DNA of 63,936 nt, counting the filler, from an uncultured bacterium (GTDB lineage: Bacteria > DAOPZR01), in the NCBI GenBank assembly GCA_964637655.1. It is 6 parts of 6 records of this genome, joined end to end, with 100 filler letters (N's around TTAATTAATTAA, not from the genome) between each part and the next. Parts side by side here need not be neighbours in the genome. Positions count along the whole stretch, not along the records: positions 46,575 to 57,935 come from CAZWUZ010000112.1; 5 more parts are not named here. One strand, written 5' to 3'. Below are positions 48,884-58,035 of the stretch, piece by piece. A program made the position numbers and the translations under genes. Position 1 is the first letter of the stretch. Every line of letters begins with the position of its first letter. The notes under the pieces are model-generated. The model searched no databases. It was not told where the DNA came from and saw only the letters and a list, made by a program, of their open reading frames with translations.

Positions 48884-48960
48884 TTCCCGTCTTTCCTTTC
48901 CGGCATGCTGAGGTCACACCCGACACAGACAGTCGCCGGTTGTGCTCTCCGCTACCGGGT

Positions 48961-49455
48961 TCAGTCGCGCTGCGGCCAGAGTCCCTCTGTTGCGATGCAA
49001 TACGTCATGGCCACGCAGGGCGAGCGGTTGCTGACCGTCCTGCTGATGTCACCCGGCAGGGCGACGCGCAGCACCGCGGTATCACCGTCACGCGCCGCAC
49101 ACACCGTCACGTCTTTCGGCTGGAAGGCCTGATACGTCAGTTTGCTGCGCCCGCCGTCCTGCCCGACACGGTTCATCCCTGCCACCGTCGGCGACGGCAT
49201 CACCGGGGTGCGTCCGCGCAGATCAGGCAACGCGAAGTTCACCCGGCCGTCACCGCCGTACATCGTTCCCAGCAACGCGAACAGTGCCTGGTACTCGACG
49301 ATGGGGACCAGCCGCCCGTCGCAAGGCAGCCATCCGTAGGGCACGAAGGTTCCCGCGAACAGCATGATTTCACCGTAGTACGGGTTTTCCGCCGCCGCCG
49401 CCGGCAGTGCCGCGGCCAGCACCAGCGCCATGCTCAGCATCATAATCCTGTTCAT
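48961..49455 (-). CDS. Tail-collar domain protein (MdpB-like) with signal peptide, copy 3
   Basis: GEIMLFAGTFVPYGWLPCDG...FALPDLRGR; CIATEGLWP; N-terminal signal peptide. Confidence 0.9.
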   Translation of the reverse strand: MNRIMMLSMALVLAAALPAAAAENPYYGEIMLFAGTFVPYGWLPCDGRLVPIVEYQALFALLGTMYGGDGRVNFALPDLRGRTPVMPSPTVAGMNRVGQDGGRSKLTYQAFQPKDVTVCAARDGDTAVLRVALPGDISRTVSNRSPCVAMTYCIATEGLWPQRD

Positions 49456-49492
49456 ATCATTCTCCTGTCAGGTTGAGTGTCGTGCGCACCAT

Positions 49493-49996
49493 TTACTGGC
49501 GCATCGGGTATATCCCTTCAAGCGCGATAAAATAGCCGATACACTGGTACGGGGCGTGGTTGTTCACCGCCTTGTTCTGGTCGGCAGGCAGCGGCAGGCG
49601 CACCAGTTCAGTGTCAGCGCCGGCATCCATGCGCACCGCCTGCTCCGTCAGCCCGAATTCCTTGAACGCCACCGCCGTGCTCCCCGCCTTCTGTCCCGGG
49701 ACAAAATATTCGCCATCCCGCATCGCGCCGGTACCCACCGGCACCCGCCCGCGCAGGTCGGGCAGCGCAAAATTCGACCGTCCATCGCCGCCATAGGTGG
49801 TCCCGAGCAGCGAGAAGAGTGCGGTGTTTCTCGCAATCGGCAGCAGGCGCCCGTCACAGCGCGCCCAGCCGCGCGGTTCATAATCGCCGCTGAACAGCAT
49901 GATTTCGCCGAGGGTCGGCTCCGCCGCCCCCTGCGCCTGCGTCATCGTTCCCGCCGCCACTGCCAGCAGCAGTGTCAGCATCAGTATTCTGTGCAT
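49493..49996 (-). CDS. Tail-collar domain protein with signal peptide, copy 2
   Basis: GEIMLFSGDYEPRGWARCDG...FALPDLRGR; FIALEGIYP; AAGGA RBS before ATG 49996. Confidence 0.9.
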   Translation of the reverse strand: MHRILMLTLLLAVAAGTMTQAQGAAEPTLGEIMLFSGDYEPRGWARCDGRLLPIARNTALFSLLGTTYGGDGRSNFALPDLRGRVPVGTGAMRDGEYFVPGQKAGSTAVAFKEFGLTEQAVRMDAGADTELVRLPLPADQNKAVNNHAPYQCIGYFIALEGIYPMRQ

Positions 49997-50015
49997 GATG
50001 GTTTCCTTTCTCCGT

Positions 50016-50522
50016 TCAGTTGCGCGACGGGTAGATACCGGCAGTCGCGATGTAGTAGCCGATACACAGGTACGGCGAAAGATTGTCCGCGGGCACCGGC
50101 GCCTGCGCGTCCGGCACCGGCAGGTGCACGACCGCGGTGTCCGACGTGGTGGCCGCGCGCACCGCGACCGGAGCCACGCCGAAGTCGGTGTAACGGATGG
50201 TCGCACTGCCGCCCGTCTGTGCCAGCTGATACTCGCCGCCGTCAGCGGCGCGCCCGGAACCGACCGCCTCCCGGCCGCGCAGGTCGGGCAGCGCAAAGTT
50301 CGTCTGCCCGTTGCCGCCGAAGCGCGTGCCGATGATCGAGTAAAGTGCCTGATTCTGATTGATCGGCAGCAGGCGCCCGTCGCAGGGGAGCCACCCCTTC
50401 GGCGCATAGTTGCCGGCAAAGATCATCACTTCCCCCAGCAGCGGTTCATCAGCTGCCGTTGCCGCCGTCGCCCAGACGGCAAGCAGTGCCGCCAGTGAAC
50501 ACAACATCAGCCATCGTTGCAT
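50016..50522 (-). CDS. Tail-collar domain protein with signal peptide, copy 1
   Basis: GEVMIFAGNYAPKGWLPCDG...FALPDLRGR; YIATAGIYPSRN; GGAGG RBS. Confidence 0.9.
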   Translation of the reverse strand: MQRWLMLCSLAALLAVWATAATAADEPLLGEVMIFAGNYAPKGWLPCDGRLLPINQNQALYSIIGTRFGGNGQTNFALPDLRGREAVGSGRAADGGEYQLAQTGGSATIRYTDFGVAPVAVRAATTSDTAVVHLPVPDAQAPVPADNLSPYLCIGYYIATAGIYPSRN

Positions 50523-50576
50523 ATCGTTCCTCCTCAGTACATGATCACCGGCCGCTGCGGGCCGGCGTCTGTCTCA

Positions 50577-51836
50577 CTATTCCGTGACGGCAAGCACCAC
50601 GCCGACACCGACCGTGCGCCCGCCATCGCGCACGCTGAAGTGCAGGCCCGGCGCCAGAACCACCGGCGTGGTGAGCGCAACCGCGACTTCCCCGTAGTCG
50701 CCCGGCAGCAGCATTGCCGTCCCCTCCGGCAGGGTGCAGACGCCGGTGTCCGTCGCCGTGCGGATGATAAACTGCGGACGATAGCCGCTCACCACCGGCG
50801 TGCGGCGCCCCCCCTCCTCGCGCGCCAGCCAGTAGATGTCCGCGATGAACCGCGTCGCAGTATGTACTGAGCCGGGCGCCGCGCACACCATGCCCGGCTG
50901 CAGCGCCGCTCCGGCAAGGTCGGCCAGCGTCAACGTCACCAGGTCGCCGGCCTCCCCGTGCGCCATGGCCCGACCGAACAGCTCGATGCGGGTGACGGTC
51001 GCGATGCACCCGCCCGCCCCCCCCGCCAGCACCACCGTGTCGCCGCAGCGCACCGTGCCGCGCTCGATGCGCCCGATAACGTCAACGCCGTCCCCGGACG
51101 CGGTTACCCGTTCGAGCGGCAGCAGCAGCGGTTGGTCGCGCTGCCGCGGGGCGGGCGCAAAGTCGCGGTCCATCGCCGCCAGCAGTTCCGCAATACAGCG
51201 GGTCGCCGCGGCATCCTGCGGCTGCCGCAGCGCGCGCAACGCGCTGCCGCGAATGACCGCCACCCGCTCACCGGGATAGCCGTACTGCGACAGCAGTTCC
51301 CGTACTTCCAGCTCGACCAGGTCGAGCAGTTCCGGGTCGTCGACCAGATCGACCTTGTTGAGAAACACGACGATGGCGGGAATACCCGCCTCGCGCGCGA
51401 GGATGATCTGCGCGCGGGTCTGCGGCATCGGCCCGTCGGCCGCGCTGACCACGAGTATGGCGCCATCCGCCTCGCCGCTGCCGCCAATAAATGCCTTGAC
51501 ATAATCATCATGGTGCGGGCGATCGGCGTGGGCATAGTGCCGCTCCGCCGTCTCGTATTCGACCGTCATGGTGGAGACAATCAGGCCACGTTCCCGTTCT
51601 TCGGGCGCGTGTACCAGCGCCTCATAGGGGAAGGCCATTGCCAGTCCCTGCGTTTCGAGATATGCGAGCAGGGCCGCCGTCAGCGTGGTCTTGCCATGGT
51701 CAATATGCCCGATGGTGCAGACCCGCACGTGCGGTTTGTTGCGGTCGAACCGGCCGGCACCGGCCGGCACCGGCAGTCCAGCCAGCAGTACCACACTCAG
51801 CACCGCCACCCCTGCCCGCAGGTTATGCCTGAGCAT
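50577..51836 (-). CDS. Divergent EF-Tu paralogue with predicted signal peptide and degenerate switch motifs
   Basis: KPHV..TIGHIDHGKTT, DGPMPQT, FLNKVD, GSAL, EGGR.TP, YRPQF, GGRTVG; AGGAGG RBS; 27-aa hydrophobic leader. Confidence 0.88.
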   Translation of the reverse strand: MLRHNLRAGVAVLSVVLLAGLPVPAGAGRFDRNKPHVRVCTIGHIDHGKTTLTAALLAYLETQGLAMAFPYEALVHAPEERERGLIVSTMTVEYETAERHYAHADRPHHDDYVKAFIGGSGEADGAILVVSAADGPMPQTRAQIILAREAGIPAIVVFLNKVDLVDDPELLDLVELEVRELLSQYGYPGERVAVIRGSALRALRQPQDAAATRCIAELLAAMDRDFAPAPRQRDQPLLLPLERVTASGDGVDVIGRIERGTVRCGDTVVLAGGAGGCIATVTRIELFGRAMAHGEAGDLVTLTLADLAGAALQPGMVCAAPGSVHTATRFIADIYWLAREEGGRRTPVVSGYRPQFIIRTATDTGVCTLPEGTAMLLPGDYGEVAVALTTPVVLAPGLHFSVRDGGRTVGVGVVLAVTE

Positions 51837-52653
51837 CCGCGTCCCCTCCTGATACTGTTTCTGCCCAGACGGCCGGTTCGGGCTGCGCGACGCTGCCAAG
51901 CTGCTGCTGCACGAAGGTGCGGAAACAATCGTGGGTACCGCTGACGATGAAACGCGTCGTCCCCTGCGCCTGCCGGTTCAGCAGGTTGCGCAGTTGCAGT
52001 TGCTGGCGGATATGGCGTACCGTCGGGATGCCCGGGTCGATGACCGTCATCCCCGCCGCCGGCTCGATGAGCGGACGCAAAAACGGGTAATGCGTGCAGC
52101 CGAGAATAACCGCTTCACAGCGCGCCGCCTGCAGCGGGGCGAGGTACTCCGCCACCGCCGCGCGCGCCGCGTCACCGGCGCAGGCGCACGACTCGATCAG
52201 CGGCACGAATTTCGGGCAGGGGACCGCGGCGAGCGCCACCCCGGGATGATGCCGTTGCAACGCGCGCGCGTACGCGCCGCTGTTGACCGTGCCCGTCGTC
52301 GCCAGCAGCCCGATACGTCCCGACGGTGCCGCCGCGAGGATGTCGCCGACGCTCTCGTGATTGATCAGCCCGTAAACCGGGACGTGGTACGTTTCCTGCG
52401 CCGCGGTCAGCGCCACCGCGGTCGAGACATTGCAGGCGATGACCATGGTCTTGACCTGTTGCGTGACCAGCCAGTCCATAATCTGAAAGGCGAACTGCTT
52501 GATCTGCGGCAGCGGGCGGTCACCGTACGGCACGCGCGCGGTATCAGCAACGTAGAGGTAGTCCTCGCCGGGGAGCACGCGCCACAGTTCGCGCAGCACG
52601 GAGAGTCCCCCGACGCCGGAATCGAACACCCCGATGGGTTTGCGGGTCTCCAC
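51823..52653 (-). CDS. murI: Glutamate racemase
   Basis: FDSGVGGLSV, PYG, IACN, LGCTHYP. Confidence 0.95.
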   Translation of the reverse strand: METRKPIGVFDSGVGGLSVLRELWRVLPGEDYLYVADTARVPYGDRPLPQIKQFAFQIMDWLVTQQVKTMVIACNVSTAVALTAAQETYHVPVYGLINHESVGDILAAAPSGRIGLLATTGTVNSGAYARALQRHHPGVALAAVPCPKFVPLIESCACAGDAARAAVAEYLAPLQAARCEAVILGCTHYPFLRPLIEPAAGMTVIDPGIPTVRHIRQQLQLRNLLNRQAQGTTRFIVSGTHDCFRTFVQQQLGSVAQPEPAVWAETVSGGDADAQA

Positions 52654-52669
52654 GCGTGCCGCGCCCGGC

Positions 52670-53050
52670 TCAGATGATACCGTCAGGTGACGACGGGCGC
52701 GACGCCGCGCGACGCGGTACCGGCATCGCGCCTGCCGCCGCCTGTCCGGACACTGTCGGGGGCGCGGTCAGCCAGAGTTCCGCGAGCCGCTGCAGCGCGG
52801 TGTTCTCCTCATCGCTGAGCGCCACGTTGCGCCGCGTTTTGAGGATCACCAGGATCATGCGCGACGTCACCAGTTGCGTCGCCACCAGGTCGCGGATGAG
52901 GCAGAGTTCCGCCACGGTCTCCGGCGGGAAGGTGGTGTTGCGCCCCTCTTTCCCGGTCACCAGCGCGTACTGCGCCATGTAGAACTTGACGTTGCGCTCG
53001 CTGATCCCCGTGTCAGCGACTACCTCAGGGAAGTAAAGTGCCCGTGCCAT
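52670..53050 (-). CDS. Small protein, possible MerR-like HTH
   Basis: EVVADTGISERNVKFY pattern; GGAGG RBS. Confidence 0.55.
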   Translation of the reverse strand: MARALYFPEVVADTGISERNVKFYMAQYALVTGKEGRNTTFPPETVAELCLIRDLVATQLVTSRMILVILKTRRNVALSDEENTALQRLAELWLTAPPTVSGQAAAGAMPVPRRAASRPSSPDGII

Positions 53051-53699
53051 GCGCGTCTCCTCCCGTGCGCGGGGAATAGTGCCGGCTCCCCGCCGTGCAT
53101 TCCGCGATGACTGCCAGCAGCGCGTCGACTTCCTCCGGCTGCCGGGCAAAATCGACCGCCGCGGTGTTGACCGTCAGCAGCGGGGTCGCGGTATAGTGAA
53201 AAAAGTAGTGGTTGTAGGCGTCGACCAGCAGGTCGACATAGTCGCCCGGCAGCCGCTGCTGGGCCGGGTCGGCGCTCCCCTGCAGCCGCCGGCGTATCGT
53301 CGCCGCGTCCGCCTGCAGATGGATGACCAGATCGGGGGGCGGCACCTGCGGCCGCAGCAGCGCGTAGAGATTCTCGTAGAGCGCCAGTTCCGCCTCCGCC
53401 AGCGTCAGCAGCGCGAAGATGCGGTCCTTGCCGAAGTGATAGTCGCTGAGCACCACGCGCCCGAACAGGTCGGGCTGCTGCAGCTGCTCCTGCTGCCGGT
53501 AGCGCGAGAGCAGGAAGAACAGCTGCGTCTGAAACGCATGTTCCTTCATGCTGCTGTAGAATTTGCCGAGAAACGGGTTTTCCGCGCTCTCTTCGCAGAC
53601 CAGCGTCGCGTCGAGCCGCTCCTGCAGCAGGCGCAGCAGCGTCGACTTGCCCGCCCCCGGCACCCCGTCAATAGCGATATAGCGTTGCGATAGCCGCAT
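53025..53699 (-). CDS. Deoxynucleoside kinase
   Basis: IAIDGVPGAGKST, NPFL..FY, FQTQLFFLLSR, PDLVIHL; TGATG coupling to folK. Confidence 0.9.
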   Translation of the reverse strand: MRLSQRYIAIDGVPGAGKSTLLRLLQERLDATLVCEESAENPFLGKFYSSMKEHAFQTQLFFLLSRYRQQEQLQQPDLFGRVVLSDYHFGKDRIFALLTLAEAELALYENLYALLRPQVPPPDLVIHLQADAATIRRRLQGSADPAQQRLPGDYVDLLVDAYNHYFFHYTATPLLTVNTAAVDFARQPEEVDALLAVIAECTAGSRHYSPRTGGDAHGTGTLLP

Positions 53700-54181
53700 C
53701 AGTTTTCTCCCGTTGCCCATTCCGGTCCTGCCACCATGCCGGTAAGCTGCCGTACCGTGCACTGCGCCGCGCGTGCCGCCGCGTCAGGCAGCAGTTCCGC
53801 CAGCGGCACCATCACGAAATCGCGCTCCTGCCAGCGCGGGTGCGGCAGCGTCAGTGCCGGTGTCGCCAGACGCGTGTCACCCCACCTGATGATATCCAGG
53901 TCAAGCGGGCGCGGGCCGTTGCGTACACCGTCTGTCCGTCCCGCCGCGCGCTCCAGCGCCTGCGTCACCTGCAACAGGGTGTGCGGGTCATCCGCCCCGC
54001 GCAACTGCACCACCGCGTTCAGGTAGTCGGGCTGGTCAGGCGGTCCCCACGGCGCGCTGCGGTAGAGCGAAGAAACCCGCACCACCATGTAGCCCGCCTG
54101 CCGCAATCCCGCCAGTGCCGCGACGAAGTGCGCGCGCACGTCACCGAGATTCCCCCCCAGCGCCACATATCCTTCAGTCAC
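53699..54181 (-). CDS. folK: HPPK (6-hydroxymethyl-7,8-dihydropterin pyrophosphokinase)
   Basis: ALGGNLGD, QPDYLNAV, GPRPLDLDI, LPHPR..ERDFV. Confidence 0.95.
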   Translation of the reverse strand: MTEGYVALGGNLGDVRAHFVAALAGLRQAGYMVVRVSSLYRSAPWGPPDQPDYLNAVVQLRGADDPHTLLQVTQALERAAGRTDGVRNGPRPLDLDIIRWGDTRLATPALTLPHPRWQERDFVMVPLAELLPDAAARAAQCTVRQLTGMVAGPEWATGEN

Positions 54182-54190
54182 GGTCTCTGC

Positions 54191-55363
54191 TTACCACTGC
54201 ACCTTGCGCATCCGTTCGAGCGCGACCGCGATGCGCTCCTCGGGCACGGTGATGGTCATGCGGATGTACCCTTCGCCGTGCTTGCCGAACCCGATGCCCG
54301 GCGTGACCACAATACCCGCCTCTTCGAGCAGGCGCGACGCCACTTCCGTCGACGGGAGCCCGCCCGGGGTCGGCAGCCAGAGGTAGAACGTCGCCCTGGG
54401 CACCGGCACCTGCCAGCCCAGTTCGCGCAATCCCGCCGCCAGCAGGTCGCGCCGCTTCTGCAGGATGGCATTGTTCTCCGCCACGCAGTCCTGCTTCCCC
54501 GTCAGCGCGGTGATGCCCGCCTCCTGCACCGCCTGGAACACCCCTGAATCGATGTTGGTCTTGATGCAGCCGAGTCCGGCAATCGCCTCCGCGTTGCCCG
54601 CGGCGAACCCGATACGCCACCCCGTCATGTTGTAGGTTTTCGACAGCGAGTGGAACTCGATGCCCACCTCGCGCGCCCCCTCGTACTCGAGGAAACTCGG
54701 GCAGCGGTAGCCGTCATACGACACCTCGGTATAGGCGGCATCGTGGCAGACGATGAGGTCGTACGTGCGCGCGAACTCGATGGTGCGCTTGAAGAATTCC
54801 GGCGGCGCGATGGCCGCCGTCGGGTTGTTCGGGTAATTGATCCAGAGCAGTTTCGCCTTGCGCGCCACCGCCGGCGGGATGGCATCGTAGTCAGGGAGGA
54901 AACCGTTTTCCGCCGTCAGCGGCATCAGGTACGACTGTCCGTTGGCAAACAGCGTGCCGATGCCGTACACCGGGTAGCCCGGGGTCGGCACCAGCACCAC
55001 GTCGCCGGGGTTGACATAGACCAGCGGCATGTGGGCGATGCCTTCCTTGCTGCCGATCAGCGAGACGATCTCCGTCTTCGGGTCGAGCGTCACCCCGAAG
55101 CGCGTCTGGTACCAGTGGCCCACCGCCTCGCGGAACGCGGGCATCCCCTCGTAGGACGGGTACTGGTGGTTGGCCGGTTTCTCCGCCGCGTGCTTGAGCG
55201 CGCGCACGATATGCGCGGGCGTCGGCAGGTCGGGGTCGCCGATACCGAAGCTGATGATGTCCACCCCGCGCGCCGCCACCGCCTGCTTCTTCTTGTCAAT
55301 TTCCGCGAACAGGTAGGGCGGCAGTTCCCGCACCCGCTCCGCCCGCTCAAACCTCGTACTCAT
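54191..55363 (-). CDS. dapL: LL-diaminopimelate aminotransferase
   Basis: [38 protein letters not shown]; clustered with dapB. Confidence 0.85.
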   Translation of the reverse strand: MSTRFERAERVRELPPYLFAEIDKKKQAVAARGVDIISFGIGDPDLPTPAHIVRALKHAAEKPANHQYPSYEGMPAFREAVGHWYQTRFGVTLDPKTEIVSLIGSKEGIAHMPLVYVNPGDVVLVPTPGYPVYGIGTLFANGQSYLMPLTAENGFLPDYDAIPPAVARKAKLLWINYPNNPTAAIAPPEFFKRTIEFARTYDLIVCHDAAYTEVSYDGYRCPSFLEYEGAREVGIEFHSLSKTYNMTGWRIGFAAGNAEAIAGLGCIKTNIDSGVFQAVQEAGITALTGKQDCVAENNAILQKRRDLLAAGLRELGWQVPVPRATFYLWLPTPGGLPSTEVASRLLEEAGIVVTPGIGFGKHGEGYIRMTITVPEERIAVALERMRKVQW

Positions 55364-56144
55364 CGCCTGTATCTCCTTCCTGTACCACCGGATTTTCCAG
55401 CGTGCCGATCTGCGCGATCGTGATCCGTACCGTGTTCCCCGCCCGCAACGCCCCGACCCCGACGGGCGTTCCTGTCGCGATGACGTCACCCGCCTGCAGC
55501 GCGATGACCGCGCTGACATGCGCGATGACCGCCGCGACGGAAAAGACCAGGTGGTCGGTGCGCGCGTGCTGCTTCACCTGCCCGTCCACCGCCAGTTCCA
55601 CCGTCAGCGCCGCCGGGTCGATGCCGCCCACCACCCACGGTCCGACGGGACAGAAGGTCGGGTACGACTTGCAGCAGGTCCACTGCCCGTCGCGTTTCTG
55701 CAGGTCGCGCGCGGTCACATCGTTCAAACAGGTGTAGCCGAGCACGTGCGCCAGCGCGTCCGCTTCCGGGATGCGCCAGCCGCCCGTGCCGATAACCGCC
55801 GCCAGTTCCGCCTCGTAATCGACCCGCCCGATCCCGTGCGGGATGATGATCTTCTCCCCCGGTCCGATGACCGCGCTTGGCGACTTCCAGAAGATCACCG
55901 GCGCCGCGGGCCGCTCCATGCCCAGTTCGTCCGCATGGTCGGTGTAGTTCAGACCGACCCCGAAAATACGCGGCGGGTCGACCGGGGCCGCCAGCATCAC
56001 CTCCGCCAGCGGCAGCCGCGTCCCCGTGCGCAGGTCGTCAGTATAGTCATGGAACGGGTCGCGCCGCAGCGGCACCACCTCGTCGCCGGAAAGCAGCCCC
56101 CAGCGGGGCGCCGCGCCGCGGTAGCGGAACCGGACGTATTTCAC
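55347..56144 (-). CDS. Fumarylacetoacetate hydrolase family protein
   Basis: [27 protein letters not shown]. Confidence 0.9.
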   Translation of the reverse strand: MKYVRFRYRGAAPRWGLLSGDEVVPLRRDPFHDYTDDLRTGTRLPLAEVMLAAPVDPPRIFGVGLNYTDHADELGMERPAAPVIFWKSPSAVIGPGEKIIIPHGIGRVDYEAELAAVIGTGGWRIPEADALAHVLGYTCLNDVTARDLQKRDGQWTCCKSYPTFCPVGPWVVGGIDPAALTVELAVDGQVKQHARTDHLVFSVAAVIAHVSAVIALQAGDVIATGTPVGVGALRAGNTVRITIAQIGTLENPVVQEGDTGDEYEV

Positions 56145-56917
56145 CGCAGCCCGAGCACCGCCTGCATGTCGTACAGGCCGCGCTTCGCCCGCTTCGCCCA
56201 GACCGCCGCCCGCACCGCGCCGCGCGCGAACGCGTCGCGGCTGTGCGCGCGATGGGTCAGTTCGAGGCGCTCGTTCTCGCCGCAGAACATCACGGGATGC
56301 TCGCCGATGATGTCACCCGCGCGCACCGCAAAAACGCCGATTTCGCCCTCCGTGCGCGCGCCGACCATGCCGTCGCGCCCCGTGCGCCGCGCCTTCGCCG
56401 GGTCGAGTTTCCGCCCGCGCGCCGCCGCGTTGAGCAGCCCGATGGCCGTCCCCGACGGGGCATCCTTCTTCAGCCGGTGATGCGCCTCGACAATTTCGAT
56501 ATCATAGCCCGCGCCCAGCGCCTGCGCCACCTTTTCCGTCAGGTTGAACAGCAAGTTGACGCCCAGACTCATGTTCGGCGCCTCGACCACGGGAATCTTC
56601 GCCGCCGCCTTCTTCAGCGCCGCCTTCTCCTTCGCCCCCAGCCCGGTTGTGCCGACCACCAGCGGCAGACCCAGTTTCGCGCAGGCCGCCGCATTCGCAG
56701 CAGCAGCAGCAGCAGCCGAGAAATCGATCACCGCGTCAGGTTTGAGCACCGCGCATGCCGCCAGCGAGCCACGCACCGGCACCCCGTCGAGTTCCCTGCC
56801 GCACAACGGGTGTGCGGGCGACTCGACTCCGCCCACCACCGCGTGGTTCGCCGCGCGTGCGCAGGCCACCAGCCGCTGCCCCATTTTGCCGGCAATCCCG
56901 CAGATAATCAGTCGCAT
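56141..56917 (-). CDS. dapB: 4-hydroxy-tetrahydrodipicolinate reductase
   Basis: GIAGKMG, GTTG, EAHHRLKKDAPSGTA, R.GDIIGEH. Confidence 0.96.
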   Translation of the reverse strand: MRLIICGIAGKMGQRLVACARAANHAVVGGVESPAHPLCGRELDGVPVRGSLAACAVLKPDAVIDFSAAAAAAANAAACAKLGLPLVVGTTGLGAKEKAALKKAAAKIPVVEAPNMSLGVNLLFNLTEKVAQALGAGYDIEIVEAHHRLKKDAPSGTAIGLLNAAARGRKLDPAKARRTGRDGMVGARTEGEIGVFAVRAGDIIGEHPVMFCGENERLELTHRAHSRDAFARGAVRAAVWAKRAKRGLYDMQAVLGLR

Positions 56918-56973
56918 GGTGAGTGTGCCCCCTCCCCGAATGATGGCCAATCCGTAACTGTTCAGCCAGTACG

Positions 56974-57083
56974 TTTCCTCTCCCCGGGGGAGAGGGCGAC
57001 GCGCAGCGTCGGGAGGGGCCGCGTCCATCCATGCCATCCCTCACTTGCCGCTGCGCGGCTTCCTCGCCCGGCGGGAGAGGAAA
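56974..57083. repeat. REP-like inverted repeat pair (CCTCTCCC/GGGAGAGG type) in dapB leader
   Basis: TTTCCTCTCCC (56974-56984) and GGGAGAGGAAA (57073-57083) with internal GC hairpins. Confidence 0.7.
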
Positions 57084-57111
57084 ACAGGTAATCGGCTGAA
57101 AAGTTGCGCCA

Positions 57112-57141
57112 ATCCTAACAGAATAACTGTTTGTTTGTCAA
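57112..57141 (-). promoter_or_regulatory. Sigma70 promoter of dapB operon
   Basis: TTGACA-18-TAGGAT with extended TG. Confidence 0.6.
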
Positions 57142-57143
57142 TA

Positions 57144-57935
57144 TCACTGCTCTGTCAGCAGACCCTGTGCCTGCAACCAGAGCAACCGCCAGCCCAGCAC
57201 CGGTTCATACAGTTCCTCCGTGCCACCGCTGCCGATCTGCCAGATACCGTACACATCAAAATACGGCACGAAGTAGTACGCGGCATTGCACAGCAGGGCG
57301 ATGAGCGTCAGCACCAGCGCCACCCTGTGTATCCGCACCGTCAGTAGTGCCGGTGCTGCCAGCAGCAACGCTGGTACCAGCTGGCGCAGGTAGCCGCTGT
57401 CCCAGCCCCACCAGCAGGAATACAGCACCCAGGCGGCCAGTGCCGCCAGCAGGTAATGGCGGGCATGGCGCCACGTGTACCGGTTGCACAGCAGCAGCAG
57501 CCACGGGTTGAGGAGCAGCGGGTTCTCATTCGGCTCAACCAGCCAGCGCCACAGTCCATCGGTTGTCCAGCGCAATGTCCCGTGCCCGTTATTCCCCCAC
57601 AGTCCCGTGTTGAAAAAATTGAACAGCAGGTTCGCCCCGCCACCGGTCGCCAGCGCCAGGGCGAGCGCCACCGCGGCGGCGCTGCCGCGACCTTGCCCGC
57701 GCCACTGCCACGTCAGGGTTGCCAGCGGCACACAGACGACAATGATGATCTCCTGACGCGCGATAAGCACTGCGGTCAAGGCTGCTGCGGCCAGCAGCAG
57801 AAACGTGCGACGGCCGGTCAGACCGTACCGGTCATACGCATAGATCAGCAGGAGCAGCAGGGCCCCGGTCAGCACATAGGGGAAATACGTGAACCAGTGC
57901 GCAGCCGCCGCAGCGCCGAAGGTCAGGAGCAGCAC
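57144..57935 (-). CDS. Polytopic membrane protein, 5'-truncated, possibly GT-C-like
   Basis: Multiple TM helices, Trp-rich loops. Confidence 0.55.
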   Translation of the reverse strand: MLLLTFGAAAAAHWFTYFPYVLTGALLLLLIYAYDRYGLTGRRTFLLLAAAALTAVLIARQEIIIVVCVPLATLTWQWRGQGRGSAAAVALALALATGGGANLLFNFFNTGLWGNNGHGTLRWTTDGLWRWLVEPNENPLLLNPWLLLLCNRYTWRHARHYLLAALAAWVLYSCWWGWDSGYLRQLVPALLLAAPALLTVRIHRVALVLTLIALLCNAAYYFVPYFDVYGIWQIGSGGTEELYEPVLGWRLLWLQAQGLLTEQ

Positions 57936-58035
57936 NNNNNNNNNNNNNNNNNNNNNNNNNNNNNNNNNNNNNNNNNNNNTTAATTAATTAANNNNNNNNN
58001 NNNNNNNNNNNNNNNNNNNNNNNNNNNNNNNNNNN
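57936..58035. other. Artificial contig linker
   Basis: N-run, TTAATTAATTAA, N-run. Confidence 0.99.

Noticed and set aside
49493-50419. 308-aa ORF suggesting a long tail fibre
   Set aside because: Upstream part is an off-frame reading of the 50016-50522 gene; the real start is 49996 with its own RBS and signal peptide
50577-51836. Calling this the housekeeping tuf gene
   Set aside because: Switch residues are lost, it has a hydrophobic leader, and there are no fus/rps/secE/tRNA neighbours; tRNA-Thr(GGT) is on another contig
56918-57143. Lysine riboswitch upstream of dapB
   Set aside because: No recognisable L-box core; the structure is explained by REP-like inverted repeats
11602-58035. 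Five regularly spaced TTAATTAATTAA palindromes
   Set aside because: Each sits inside N padding of exactly 100 nt; these are artificial six-frame-stop linkers, not biology
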